From Ginglymostoma cirratum (Eukaryota): a stretch of 64,000 nucleotides of DNA. The stretch lies in the NCBI GenBank assembly GCA_024137785.1, contig JAHRHZ010000112.1, positions 43,442,288 through 43,506,287 on the forward strand. Reading direction: 5' to 3'. A program made the translations under genes and the position numbers. How positions within the stretch are numbered: position 1 is the first letter of the stretch; every line of letters begins with the position of its first letter. Of the stretch, positions 12,379 through 24,612 are shown piece after piece. Below the pieces are notes generated by a model. The model searched no databases and was not told where the DNA came from. It was given only the letters and a program-made list of their open reading frames with translations.

Positions 12379-14859
12379 AGTATGAAGCATATGATATGTT
12401 TTGTACTCTTTGGTTCAAATAAGTCATCCAAATTAATAGGCCAGGTTTTGAGAAGCCAATGTGGGATGCTAGAAGCTCCTCAGGAGAAAGAATATAGTGG
12501 TTGAGTATGTCCCATTTGCTTCTCCAGCTATTTTCAGTAAAAAAGAGGAAGCAAGCTGGAACCTCTCACTCAGAAGTTGCCAATACCATTCTGAAAGTGG
12601 GAATGTCAAAGCTTCTGCAACTTTCATTGAAGAAACTGCATTCTGCAAGCTTTTTTAAACCCATCTGATCAGAAGAGACATAAACCTTGGATTGGAATTG
12701 GGGGAAGAGTCTGAATTGTGAGTAAAATGGGCATGCCCTTTTACAGTTTGTTGTGAAATGTCGTACCCTGTGGTATACCTATTTGCTAAAGTATTGTGTT
12801 GTGATTGGAAAAAGTAAGTGACCGTGAAATAATACGGTTGCCAGGTTGTTAATTCTAAAATGGAAGAACAGCACTGCAGGCATGGAAAAGTCATCTGCTT
12901 CATTGGAGAAGGTAAACCTTGGGTAAAGAGTTTTTCTGAACTGTACAACATTGAAAGATTAGAAATGTGAGATCAATATCTAACAGTTTAAGTTTTTCCC
13001 ATTGCATTTATTTATTCTCTAAATAACATCTTAGCCATCTGTTTAGCTATTTGAAGTCTTTGACATGTCTGAGTATGTAGTTGTCTTCAAAAGCACTAAT
13101 GAATTTTGTACTGTAGGGACCGTTTACACAGGTTTGATGTTTTGCCTGCGTTACAAACCATTAATGTATTTTAGACTGCAATTCTGTTTTACATAGCATT
13201 TTCAGGACAGTGCAGGTTTGTCTATTTTGAAAGATTTATGAGCTAAAACGGCAATATTTCTTCAAATGCCCTTTCAAGTGATATTTGTTTACTCTGACAG
13301 ATTTATGAGTCTTTCAACGACTTCCAAACGCTAATTTTGGTTTCATAATTTCTGTATAGAATTTCTGGACCAGAGGGTTGAAGGGAGAGTGGAGAGAGGA
13401 TGAAGGGGATAAGTTGGTTGAATAGCGGGTGATGAGGGCAAAAAAATGTAAAGTGATAATGGAGTAAGAGAAGGCGTGAGGATGAGCAGAGCTTTACACA
13501 GATCTCCTGAATTAAGCTGATGGGCCTTTCAACCTTGCAGCCTCAGCATCAGCCCAACTTTCTCTCTACCTCTGGTGACAGGCCTGACCCTAGGTCACCC
13601 TGCATCTGTCAGTGAAAGTCCCACCACAATCATTCACAAAGAGGTGGGATTATGATGCCATGAAAACTTCTGGTGTATAATTCCCACCTCTATGATGAAA
13701 ATCCTGGCCAATGCATACAAGGCAGGACTTTAAATACCATCACTCCTTTGTATGAGGCAGTTCTGCAGAGATCAGAACTTGTATAGTTGCTCAATCCCAC
13801 TTACAAATAAACAGCAGTGCACAGCATCACTCCCTTGTCCCTTCTACCACACTTAGTTAATTACATCATCATTTACTTAGAGCTCAATCTGAAAACCAAA
13901 ATATTTTGCATGGAATATCACATTTTAAGTAATTTTAAAACAGACTTACTAATTTCATCTGTTTTACCAAAAACAGGAAGTTCTGTTGTAGAAATCCTTC
14001 TGTGTCATTTTCTTGTTTTGAGATCAATCACTCATTGAGTATTCCAATAATTGTTTTTCGATGGGCACAGGTGAAAGTATATCAGTTTCATGGATTTTTT
14101 ATGCAAACATAACAGAGGCAGTTAACGTTCAGGATTTATTAGAAAGACGCACAATGGTGCAGAGGAAGATTTGTCCAACTGAATATAACCACAGATCTGT
14201 AGCCATTCACTACAAAGCTTTTCAATGGATATCGGACACCACATCTAAATTCCTCAGGATAAAAAACAAGACTGCTCTTTCAGAGTTTAATAATTATCCA
14301 ATCTGTATAGACATCGGTTACCTAATCATGACATCCTGCACAGAACTGTGACATGCAGTACAACAGGACTGAATTAATTTTGTTTCCATATTAAAGAGAT
14401 AGTTTTGATTGATTCTGCTTTAAGAGCATAATTCAAAATTAATTAAGTTTTGCCACTTCCCTATGATTACAATTTTGGAGGGGTGGCAGGCACAGTAATT
14501 ATCTAAAAACCCTCTTTTAAAATAGACTTGCAGATCTATTAAGAGGGTGCGGGGAGACAGCATCAATGGGATTATCCAAACCCAACCCCTGTCCAGTGAC
14601 CCAGGTTGGAAAATACATGATATTGAATGCCAGGCAAAAACAGGGCAAGGACTGGCCATTGACCTTTTCACTGCATGACACTGATTAATTCCAGTCACTA
14701 TGAATTCCCTTTTTCAGAGTCATGCATATTAACGTCTTACCACATCATATCACAAGTCAGACTTTAGTTGCCATATTTCAGAGCCTTTGCAGGCATGATC
14801 CAGCATGCATTGCAATAAATGTCGTCTTTGAGGAGAAACGAATCAAGGAATGGGAATGA

Positions 14860-14962
14860 AAAGTGTTTCTCTCTACATAGATGCTGCCAGACTTGCTGAA
14901 TGTTTCCAGCACTTTCTGTTTTAATTCAGATTTCCAGCATCCAAGGTATTTCACTTTTATTC
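14860..14962 (+). mobile_element. Family B PLE 3' end fragment
   Basis: agatgctgccagacttgctgaatgtttccagcactttctg..cagatttccagcatc matches other family B arms plus tail. Confidence 0.7.
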
Positions 14963-16491
14963 AGGAATAAGAATGGTTACTTCAGGCCATCATGTCATCA
15001 GCTATTACCAAACACATATAATCTGCTCTTTTATCAATTTAACATAACACACTCAATCTCCTAATGAAGTAAAAGTTTCTTGCACTTTTCTAAAGTTATG
15101 TCAAGTGCAGCTGCAGAGAGTGCAGCTAACCCTATCTCTTCACTTGTTGCCTTCCCTGCTATTACATATTTACGATCTCAGCTACGGGAGTCTTATGTTT
15201 CACAGACCATTCAATCATTCTTACCTACACCTGACCTTTTAATTCTGAGTAGTAGCTACAGTATAAAGATATGTTTATTCAGGTTCTTGGAAGATGTTAA
15301 TTGACACAATTTCAATTGGTTTTGTTAGAAGTGGATAAAATTCAGGATTGATGTCAAAATAAAAGCCCTTACAATCTTGTCATTGTACCATAAGTAAAAT
15401 GAGTTTCAAATGCCATTGAGAAATGGCTTTGTGTTAGTTATTTGGACATCAGTTCTTCCTGCCTAAGGATATGATGCAGTGACAGCACATCATCAGAACC
15501 CCTCAGAAAGGTTAATGGAGTCACCCTAGTCCTCACAAACATGAACAAGGTGCCTGCAGTTCTGAAATGAGCTGTCTTTTTCAGTCAGACAGAAATCATT
15601 ACTCCAACAATACTAGATGACACTAATTCATTTTCTAGGATACCTAGGGTCATGTTGTCCTTTCAAAGGAAATTCTAATTATCCAGTTTTATGACAAATA
15701 AGAATAAGAAGTGTTGATATGCAGTAAGTTACTGTGAAAAATAAGTATTTTAAAGGGGCTGTGGCCATTATTTGGGCCTAAAACAGGTATCGAGTGTTAC
15801 TTTTGACTAGTTGAGGTCACAATGAAAGATACATTTGCAAACTGGAACCTCAGATTGGTTGTCACTGATCATATATGTCTTGTTCACTGTTTACCCAAGA
15901 TTCATCCCAAGTGTTGCCCAAAGATGTGTCCATAATTAGAACAACTTTTGCAAAATATTTTTGGAGTGGAAATAACATAAAATGTGACTACTTATTCAAA
16001 GATCAATTTTTCATCAATTTATTTTTGAAGGAGGGGAGTAAAAATACTCTTGAACCGCAAAGGACAGTGGCTAGAATCCTGTCCAGAAGGAAGCAGTAAG
16101 TCAGAGTGGGATGCTAGGCCATTCCGGTAACTTGTTAGACTTGGGGCTAGATTTTGCTAGCAACAGTCCTGTTAAAGATGACACTGACTGCAGGAGCTGC
16201 CATGCCAATCAAAGTGCTGGCAATGCCACTGTTAACTGTGGTTGTTGATAGGGTTGTACCCGGAAGATGATGGAGCATCATTGGCCATGTGCCCTTGAAG
16301 ACAGGTAAATGGGTGTGCCAGTATCAAACAGAAACAGTAAAGCCGGGTGGTGGTGGGGGGCAGTGTTACTGAGAACAGGGAGTGCAGATGCCATGGGGTC
16401 AGTCATTGCCACCAGGGGACTCCTGCACAGGCTGAAGAATGCTCAGAAAGAAGACCCCACCCATGTGCACTGGAAGAACACCATTGTTTAC

Positions 16492-16678
16492 CTCAATAAA
16501 AGCAAAATACGGCAGATGCTGGAAATCTGAAATGAAACAGGAGCTGCAGGAGAATCTCAGCAGCATTGTCTAACATGAGTTCTGAAGCAGTCACATCAGA
16601 CTCAAAAACGTTAACTGATTCCCTCCTCATGGAAACTGCTAGATCTGCTGAGTTTCTGCTGCATTCTCTGCTTTTAAA
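16492..16678. mobile_element. Fold-back family B PLE insert with decayed hammerhead-like core
   Basis: TSD accattgtttac at 16480-16491 / 16679-16690; GAGTT-CTGAAGCA..AAAACGTT-AACT. Confidence 0.78.
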
Positions 16679-17779
16679 ACCATTGTTTACACAGAGTCCT
16701 GTCCATCCCAGGATGGGGTTCTTGGTGTGTGAGCTAGTTATCATATTCCTCTGGTATTGTAGCTTCTCCCTCCACATTTCTAACCATCCCTCCTTTGTTT
16801 ATTCACACATTTCTATCTATTGTTTACTATGTTGGTCTTCACATTAAGGGCAGTTCTTCAAGCTGATGATTTGTGCGGAAACTCTACCACGTTGACCACT
16901 TTGTGGGGACTCGACAATAGCTGGTATCGATATAATGCTTTTAACCAAAAGAAGCATCACAAGATATTTCACAGAGCCTCAATCACACGTGCCAAAACAA
17001 CATTTTAGGCTAATTATAATTAGCGTTGTAGTGGGGTGGTGACTAAAAGCTTGACAAATGCAGTGAGTTTTGACGAGGATTTAAAAAAAAACCAGGGGCA
17101 AGGGCCGGCAAAGGGGAAGGGTTTAGTTTGGAATTCCTGAGCCTTGGCTCAGAACTGTCAAAGGAATAGCTGCCAATAATCAGGTAAAGGCAGGGAACTG
17201 AATGGCAGCTCAGAGTTTAAGGTCAGACTGAAGGTCAGACAGTTGGGAAAGGGAGCAACAAACTATTACAAGATAATATTGAGACAGGGAAGCACACGAG
17301 GCCATGAGAAGATTTAAACATGGACATTTAAAACTTGACATTTTAAGCATTATGAGGACAAGGTAGAAAGGTGGGGGAGGGGTATAGGATGAAGAGGGTG
17401 AAGAGCAAGGTGATTGCCGAGGGAACAAAAGGGGTAGGATTGAGGGGGTGAGGGAGTAAAAGGTTGGGGTTGAGGGTATAGGGGATTAGGAATGAGGTTG
17501 CATGGAGTGTTAAATTGATCTGAAGGACTGGGTTGATGTTTCTGTGAATTGAGACAAGCCTTTTAGCTTGGAATTGCTTTAGAATTGGCCTGCTTCTCTC
17601 TCCACCTCTGTCACTACCTTCCTGGGAATGACAATAGCCCCTTTTCACACAACTGAGATAGATTCTGACTATCCACCTCCAATGGGAAATTTCTGGTCCT
17701 AATGTTAAAAGACAATGTAATAATATAAAACTTTTGAGTGCTGAGGCAAGGTGTCATCTGTATATGAGAAATGTCCTCA

Positions 17780-18355
17780 GTTCTGATGAAGGTAATTAAG
17801 CTGAACTGTTAATTCTGTTGGAGGAATACAGCAGGCCAGGCAGCATCAGGGAAACAGGAAAGCTGAAGTTTTGGGTTGGGACCATTCTTCAGAAAAATTT
17901 TTCCTGTTTCTCTGATGCTGCCGGGCTTGCTGTGTTCCTCCAGCTCCACATTGTGTTATGAAAACCAAAAGAACTGCGGATGCTGTAAATCAGAAACAAA
18001 AACAAAATTGCTGGAAAAGCTCAACAGGTCTGGCAGCATCTGTGAAGGAGAAAAAAGAGTTAATGTTTCAGGTCCAGTGACCCTTCCTCATAACAGTTCT
18101 GAGGAAGGGTCACCACACCCGAAACGTTAACTCTGTTTTCTCCTTCACAGTTGCTGCCAGACCTGCCAAGCTTTTCCAGCAACTTTGTTTTTGTTCCACA
18201 CTGTGTTATCTCTGATTCCAGCACTGGCAGTTCTTACTACCTCTGTTAATTCTGTTTCTCTTTCCACTGATGCTGCCAGATCTGGCTGAGTATTTGCAGC
18301 AGTTTCTGTTCTTGTTTCAGATTTCTAGCATCCACAGCAGTTTTGCTATTTTATT
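17780..18355. mobile_element. Triple-nested PLE-derived inserts (family B inside family A inside older family B)
   Basis: Outer TSD ctgttaattctgtt at 17806-17819 / 18243-18256; inner TSD tccaca[t/c]tgtgttat at 17945-17959 / 18195-18209. Confidence 0.82.
18095..18132 (+). ncRNA. Minimal type I hammerhead ribozyme-like motif (family B)
   Basis: AGTT-CTGAGGA-A-GGGT(caccac)ACCC-GAAAC-GTT-AACT: helix I AGTT/AACT, CUGANGA core, 4-bp helix II, GAAA, loopless palindromic helix III. Confidence 0.6.
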
Positions 18356-19449
18356 CATGTCTATGTCTGTGAGTGAGAATGCCAAGGTGAAGAAATAGAA
18401 GAAACCAAGGTCAGATTGTTCAACCATTCCAGATTTAATTCCAGAAAAGCAATTGTGAGATATAATTGGACATGTAAGATGTCAAGTGAGGTCAGTCAGC
18501 TGATATCAATTCCCAGGGAACTGGACCAAAAAGGAAAGGCATTTGATGAGGATGGAACGATTTGGTATTTGATGTGAAAGGGTGCGGTGAGGTTTCAGAA
18601 GCAAAGGGAGAAGTGAGGAACAATGCCCCATGGTCAGAGTCACAATGGACGTTATTTCTTATTTTGGCAAGGATTGTTTTTGTACTGTAGCAGGAATGTA
18701 AACCAGATTAGAGACATTCAAACACAATGGTTGCATGAAAGGGGAACAGAAAGGGAAACAACATGTTCAAGAACTTTGGGAAATAAATGAATGTTAGTTT
18801 ACAAAGGTAGTGGCTCAATCTTGACTATTTTTAAGGGAAAAATAGATAGCTTCTGCTTTGAAAGGCACGGTACAGTACTGAAAGAGGAAGAATCATCATT
18901 GGAAGGCCATTGGTTTAAGGGGAGTAGAGTCAAAGAATTTGGAGGTGAATCTCAAAATTAAAATGAGATCAGAGAAGATGTGAATGAAAATAAGAGAGAA
19001 ACTAATGAAAGATTCAGGCTCATCTTTCCAATAAATTAAAACAGGGAGAAGTTTTCACCGTTACAGATGATCACAGATCTATATCAATGCCTACTTCCCA
19101 TATTAAACTCAATTTACAAATGGATAGTCTAGTAGCAATGGAAACTAATGAAACCTAGCTTCTACAATTCAGCAGGAGTGAGCACTGTAAATTGATCACA
19201 ATGAGTTTTGCTCACCATACGATTCTTATAATGCAAAACATTATCTTTGACTATGAAAACAACTGAAGCAATCTGCTTAACTGTTTCATGCTAGAGCACA
19301 CCTGTGATGCACTTTAAAACTAGTTTCCCAGTGAAAGTTGCATCCAATTTATTTGGCTGTTGTACAGTGATTCTGTGGCAGTCATGGCTCATGCCTTGAA
19401 ATGTTATCTTCCAATCTCCCCCTACCTGACAAAACCCAATTATAATCTA

Positions 19450-20088
19450 CTTTGAATTTGGAGCACAGAATAAAGGAATAGAGTAAAGGAGTGTTTTGCT
19501 ACAACTGTACAACACATTAATTAGACCACACCTGGAATATTATGTACATTTTTGGTCCCCTTACTTGAGGACGGATATAGTTTTTTGAGGCAGTTTGGGA
19601 GAGGTTCACCAGATTGATTCCAGCGCTGAGAACTTTATCGTATGAAGAGAGATTGAGCAGTTTATGCCTTTACTCTCTGAAATTCAGAAGAATGAGAGGG
19701 AATCTAATTGAAGGATAGAAGATGCTAAAGGGGATTGACAGAGTAGATGCGGGAAGGATGCTTCCTCATGTAGGGCTATTGCAAATGAGAGGTTATAACT
19801 ATAGGGTAAGGGATAGCAGATTTAAATTAGAGATGTGGAGAAATTACTTCTCACGAAGGGTGAAGAATGTGTGGAATTCACTATGCCGAAGTGTGGTGGA
19901 TGCTGGCGCATTAAGTAAATTTAAGGAGGAGATAGACAGATTTTTAATTGGTACTGGGTTGAAGGATTATAGAGAGCGGGCAAGAAAGTGGTGCTGAGAC
20001 TGAGAAGAGAGTAGCTGTGATCGTAGTAATCGGTGGAGCAGGCTCAAGTGGTTGAATGGCCTGCTTCTGCTCCTAGTTCTTTGTTCTT
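19450..20088 (+). mobile_element. CR1 LINE 3' fragment
   Basis: LIRPHLEY..NYFSRRVKNVWNSL; CR1 3' UTR gaatggcctgcttctgctcctag. Confidence 0.87.
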
Positions 20089-20109
20089 ACCTAGTATTTC
20101 TTCAGAAAA

Positions 20110-20470
20110 CTGTTGCCTTACTTATTGCATGGCTTTAATAACTTTCAAGAAGAGGAAACATCTTCAACCTTTGCAACTTTGGCCTCATCACTTTTTGGTG
20201 GAAATCCAGCAGCTCTTCCTTGCGGCTGTATTCACAAATCTCGAATCCCAGGTGTTGTTATGTATTATTTCTTATCTGTATGTTTAGCTTTGAAAATCTG
20301 TCCATCTGCATCTCAGGTTTTCACTAATCTTCCCCTCCATTATAATATTACCAGTTAAGATTCACTATCCAAAGTACAATATTTCTCATTTCTTTGAGTT
20401 GAGCTACATCTTTCATCCTTCTGCCCAGTTTCTTAACCTGCTAAATGCTTCTGCTAATCACTTGCTTTGT
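20110..20470 (-). mobile_element. Very old CR1 RT fragment
   Basis: Minus strand reads LSRLRNWAEG*KM*LNSKK*EILYFG, a decayed form of WAERWQMEFNAEKCEVIHFG. Confidence 0.5.
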
Positions 20471-22184
20471 GAGAAAGAAAAATAAACCTTTAGTTTTACT
20501 TTTGATTTGTTAGTGTTCTATTCATGTTCTTGAATCTTGAGCTCAAAATCCAATTAACAATATCAATGTTCTCAATGCTTCAAAGACCTGCCTTACTTTC
20601 TTTTATAACTATTTCAGCATTGTAACTCTCCTCACTGGTAAGTATAGTATGAAATGCAGATAGTGTCTATGTGAAGCCATTACTTAATCAGCCTTTATCC
20701 ATCAGGACAGTCCTGATTTCCAGAATACACTGAGCTCACTGCAACATCACATCATGGTAAATACCAAGTACATAACGCTCCCCAAATAAAGGTCTCAACA
20801 AATCTATTAAGTTGAAGACTAAATGAGTTACACAAGTAGCAAATAAAATTTACTTCAATGACTAAAACTATGCAAGGGAAGTGCTGAAGATTTGTATAAC
20901 CAGATCAGCCATGATCTTATTGAATGGTGGAGCAGGCTCTAAGGGCCAGATGACCTGCTCTGGCTTCTAAGCGCTATATTCTCATGCTGAAATGAAATCA
21001 GTTTAAGATCTTTTCCGCTGTTTTGTTTCCGTTTTTTACTTAAATAGCCAGTGTCCTGTTGCTAGATACTTTAAAACATTGCAGGATCTATGGTTCTAGT
21101 TTCAATTTAGAACTTTAGTTACTAAATTTTAGTTATAGTTCACTGCTAGCCTCTACATTCTGTACACCTCAAAACCAGGACAATGAAAATGAGGCTTTAT
21201 TCCTTGTGCTTTCTTTGTCTCTTATTTTCAAACTGGCAAATAAACTATACAGAATTGTAACAAATAAAAAGGAATAATCTGTGCAGCACTCATAGGACTA
21301 AGCTGGAGCAATCCACAGATTTATATTCTGCTGCTTAAGATTCATGTTGTGTTTGCAGAACAGTGAAGCCAAGATGCAGAGATCTAAACCACGGAGGTAT
21401 AAAATACAGATTATGAATCACGTGTCCTACTGCTGTCTCTTTCCCTCTCCATTTTCAGGTTATATTGACAAGAAACATGTAATGAGGAATGACGAAACTA
21501 CACCGAATGTTCATCTACAAAATACTAAAGTCATTTTTGAGCAAATCAAATCTGCTAGTAACGAGCATTAATAAAAAAACTCTACACTTTAGATTAATGT
21601 TGGACTTCAGCCAGGTTTCTACCAGAATGCATCACAGTGCAATAAAAGGATCAGACAATAAAGGCAACCAAACGAATAACTCGATACCTTTTAGTAGTTA
21701 AGAACATTATAGTAACCTTCTGACTATTGTGAGATCGATGTATCCTCAATTGTAGATCCCAAATATTTGATGTAATCAGTACTCACTGACACCACCCTTC
21801 TCCGTCACATTAGCATACATGAAAAATCTACACCGACACCAGAAATGCCCACATTCAATTAAATTAAACTGTACATAAACTTATCAACAGGAATAGGAAG
21901 AAGGAAATTAAAAGATACAGCGTCTCATATCAGAGAGGATATTTGATGTATCTGAACTGGCTTGATTGTGTCATTGCTGTGAAAATACTGATTACCTATT
22001 ATTTGATATTCAAGCCCAAGAGATGTGAACTCTGTCAATTTATAATGAGCTTATCTTCAACTTAATGCAAATTTCTAACTGCCATTTTCACCCTTTATTT
22101 AAATATTAACCCTATTTTTAAAAGAACGAGGAAATTTTGTGTCCTCTTAATATAAGCCCAATTGTTTTTGTAACATTGACTGAC

Positions 22185-22331
22185 CTCCTTCTTCCATTTT
22201 GCCAGCCACTCATCTCTCTTCCTTTTGCTGATATAATAGGGATCACCGGCCTGGAACGTTGTTCGGGGCATTGGTCTCTGACGCAGACTATTCTCCCACC
22301 CTGACTGGCCGCGACGTCGTCCCCTTGTTCC
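22185..22331 (-). CDS. DNMT3A: DNA (cytosine-5)-methyltransferase 3A, internal coding exon equivalent to human exon 6 (N-terminal ubiquitin-dependent recruitment region)
   Basis: 147-bp phase 0/0 exon with acceptor tttttgaccag and donor gtcagt. It translates to [49 protein letters not shown], matching recalled human DNMT3A aa 165-213 ([49 protein letters not shown]) at 41/49 positions with the same exon length. Confidence 0.96.
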
Positions 22332-22432
22332 CTGGTCAAAAAGAATACTTACTGTCAGCAAACATTAATCTATTATACACCATTTATTTACTTTTAACTT
22401 CAAGACCAAGTTAACTTTATTCTTTATTGATA

Positions 22433-22750
22433 TTGCTGGCCAGGCAGCATTTATTGCCCATCCCTAATTGCCCAGAGGGCAGTTCAGAGTCAACCACATT
22501 GCTGTGGGTCTGGAGTCACAGGTAGGCCAGACCAGGTAAGGATGGCAGTTTCCTTCCCTAAAGTACATTAGTAAATCAGATGGGTTTTCCCAACAATTGA
22601 CAATGGATTCACGGTCATCATTAGATTCTTAATTCCAGGTATTTATTGAATTCAAATTCCATCATCTGCCATGGTGGGATTCAAACCTGGATCCACAGAA
22701 TATTCTCTGGACTAACAGTCCAGCGATAATACCGGAAGGCCATCGCCTCT
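22433..22750 (-). mobile_element. tRNA-derived DeuSINE (SacSINE1-like)
   Basis: Minus strand has a tRNA-like head with B box ggtttgaatccc, a Deu-domain-like core (agggaaggaaactgccatccttacctggtctggcctac..gactccagaccc) and a 3' tail ggcaattagggatgggcaataaatgctg shared with the LINE at 2380-3514. Confidence 0.78.
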
Positions 22751-23185
22751 CTGATAACAATACTGCGTGAGAATTAGTTGCTGTAAGTGTTACCAATAAC
22801 AAGGTGCCTGTGAGATGGAAGTGAAAGGAGGTACAGGAGAACATTTTTATCAAATTACAGCTGATCAAGAATATTTCGCCAGAGTGTAGAGCTAGTCTAA
22901 AAAGGATCTAAAAAGGACCTTTGGCTCGGACATTTGATTAAACATGGTGTGTTTTAGATTTTATTGAACAGTGGCAGACAAAACTAAAGTTAAAATCTCC
23001 TCCAAATTAAAGAAAAACACACCTCCACACAAGGAGGGGAGAATTTTGCAGTTCATTTGGTCAATTAAACCCATAAGTTCATTCCTCCAGAGTACATTCT
23101 GAGGCTTCAGACCCACACACAAATTGATTCTTAAAAATAGATAGTAAAAGACAGCACATGGCTTATCAATGAAGTGATGGTTTTC

Positions 23186-23390
23186 ATAGAATCGCAGAAT
23201 CCTTACAGGGCAGATAGACCCTCAGAAAAGCATGCTACACTATCCCCATAAGCCCCATAGCTGCACATTTCCCATGGCTAATCCACCCAGCCTGCACATC
23301 CCTGGACATTATGGGCAATTTCCCATGGCCAATCCACGCTAACCTGCACATCTTTGCACTGTGGGAGGGAACCAGAGCACCCAGCAGAGG
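23186..23390 (-). mobile_element. HE1-type V-SINE, 5'-truncated
   Basis: catagaatc tail; ccaatccac..aacctgcacatctttg.actgtgggagg V-domain. Confidence 0.75.
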
Positions 23391-23536
23391 ACAATATTTA
23401 CATTGTTAGTAAGTAAAAACAATGACTGTTGATATTTGAGATAAAAGGTACTGCAGATGCTGGAGAATCCGAGATAACAAGGTGTGGGGCTGGATGAACA
23501 CAGCAGGCCAAGCAGCATCATAGGAGCAGGAAAACT

Positions 23537-23565
23537 TGACGTTTCGGGCCTAGACCCTTCATCAG
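23537..23565 (-). ncRNA. Hammerhead ribozyme-like core, sense in DNMT3A pre-mRNA
   Basis: CTGATGA-A-GGGT(CTAG)GCCC-GAAAC-GTCA. Confidence 0.6.
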
Positions 23566-23871
23566 AAATGGGGGAGGGGAAGAGGGTTCTGAAATAAATA
23601 GGGAGAGGGGGGAGGCGGATAGAGGATGGATAGAGGAGAGGATAGGTGAAGCCTCTTTTCAGGATGCCTACCCTGAAGAAGTTACCCTCCTCCCTCCGGA
23701 CAAACCTCAGGGAATCTCTCTCCCACTGCAACTCTCTCATAATCTCTTCGGCCTTGAAACTGCTCTTCGACTTGTCTGCCTCCTCTCCACCTATCCTCTC
23801 CTCTATCCATCCTCTATCCGCCTCCCCCTCTCTCCCTATTTATTTCAGAACCCTCTTCCGCTCCCCCATTT

Positions 23872-23900
23872 CTGATGAAGGGTCTAGGCCCGAAACGTCA
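23872..23900 (+). ncRNA. Hammerhead ribozyme-like core (mirror arm)
   Basis: CTGATGA-A-GGGT(CTAG)GCCC-GAAAC-GTCA. Confidence 0.6.
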
Positions 23901-24612
23901 AGCTTTCCTGCTCCTATGATGCTGCTTGGCCTGCTGTGTTCATCCAGCCCCACGCCTTGTTATCTCGGACTGTTGATATTTGGTGGATGAATGAAAAACC
24001 TCATAGATCGTCTAATTTTTTTTGACTCAGAGCATGATATAAATGAACCTGAAACATGGGCTGCACATATAAATGGCTTGTAGGACTTTTGATAAAACAT
24101 GATGGTTTCATACAGAAGCTACACATGAATAAACTGTGAGCATATGTATAATCATGTCTTTTATATCTCGATTAATAACAATGAATGAACTTTATCACGA
24201 TAAAAGTAACAAGTTTGTCCCCTAACATAATGTGAAAGTTAGAGAATTTACTTTATTAAAAAAACGTATGTCTGTGCATTATCAGTGCATGAAGGAACAG
24301 AAAAGTTTAAAATAATGTTACAAACATCACGTTTTAAATGTTTGTGATATGAATTCAGGGATTTCATTTGACTGCAGTTCTTAGCAAACTGTTATATTGT
24401 AGATAATGGGATGTTTACTGAATCCACTTTCATCTACTCTGCCTGGAACCATCCATAATGCATTATTGAGTAGATAGGGAGTGACATAAACATTCTGATG
24501 GAAAAGCTGTTTCGCAAAGTGTCATGCAATAGGGAACAGTGCTCCAAGGAAACTCACTGCCATGTACATAGAAACATTTACGTAAGATATAAGATAAAAG
24601 AAAGGATATTAC

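Larger units (their letters stand above)
16930..18950 (-). mobile_element. Old L2 LINE remnant hosting nested PLE inserts
   Basis: Minus strand near 18620-18710 reads as L2 RT (YSTKTILAKIRNNVHCDSDHG); L2-like 3' end near 16930. Confidence 0.6.
23439..23967. mobile_element. Young fold-back family A PLE insert in the DNMT3A intron between the two exons
   Basis: Perfect 15-bp TSD gactgttgatatttg at 23424-23438 / 23968-23982. Roughly 180-bp inverted arms at 23469-23648 and 23788-23968 with about 4 differences; tail on left arm only. Confidence 0.93.

Noticed and set aside
20150-20260. Protein-like minus-strand peptide GFEICEYSRKEELLDFHQKVMRPKL
   Set aside because: Explained as decayed CR1 (RGIEFRSREVMLQLYKTLVRPHL) continuing the adjacent CR1 fragment.
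23439-23967. Interpretation of the palindromes as DNA-transposon MITEs or CRISPR-like repeats
   Set aside because: TSD length is variable (8-16 bp), the arms are asymmetric and match a retroelement 3' end; there is no regular repeat-spacer array, and the DNA is eukaryotic.
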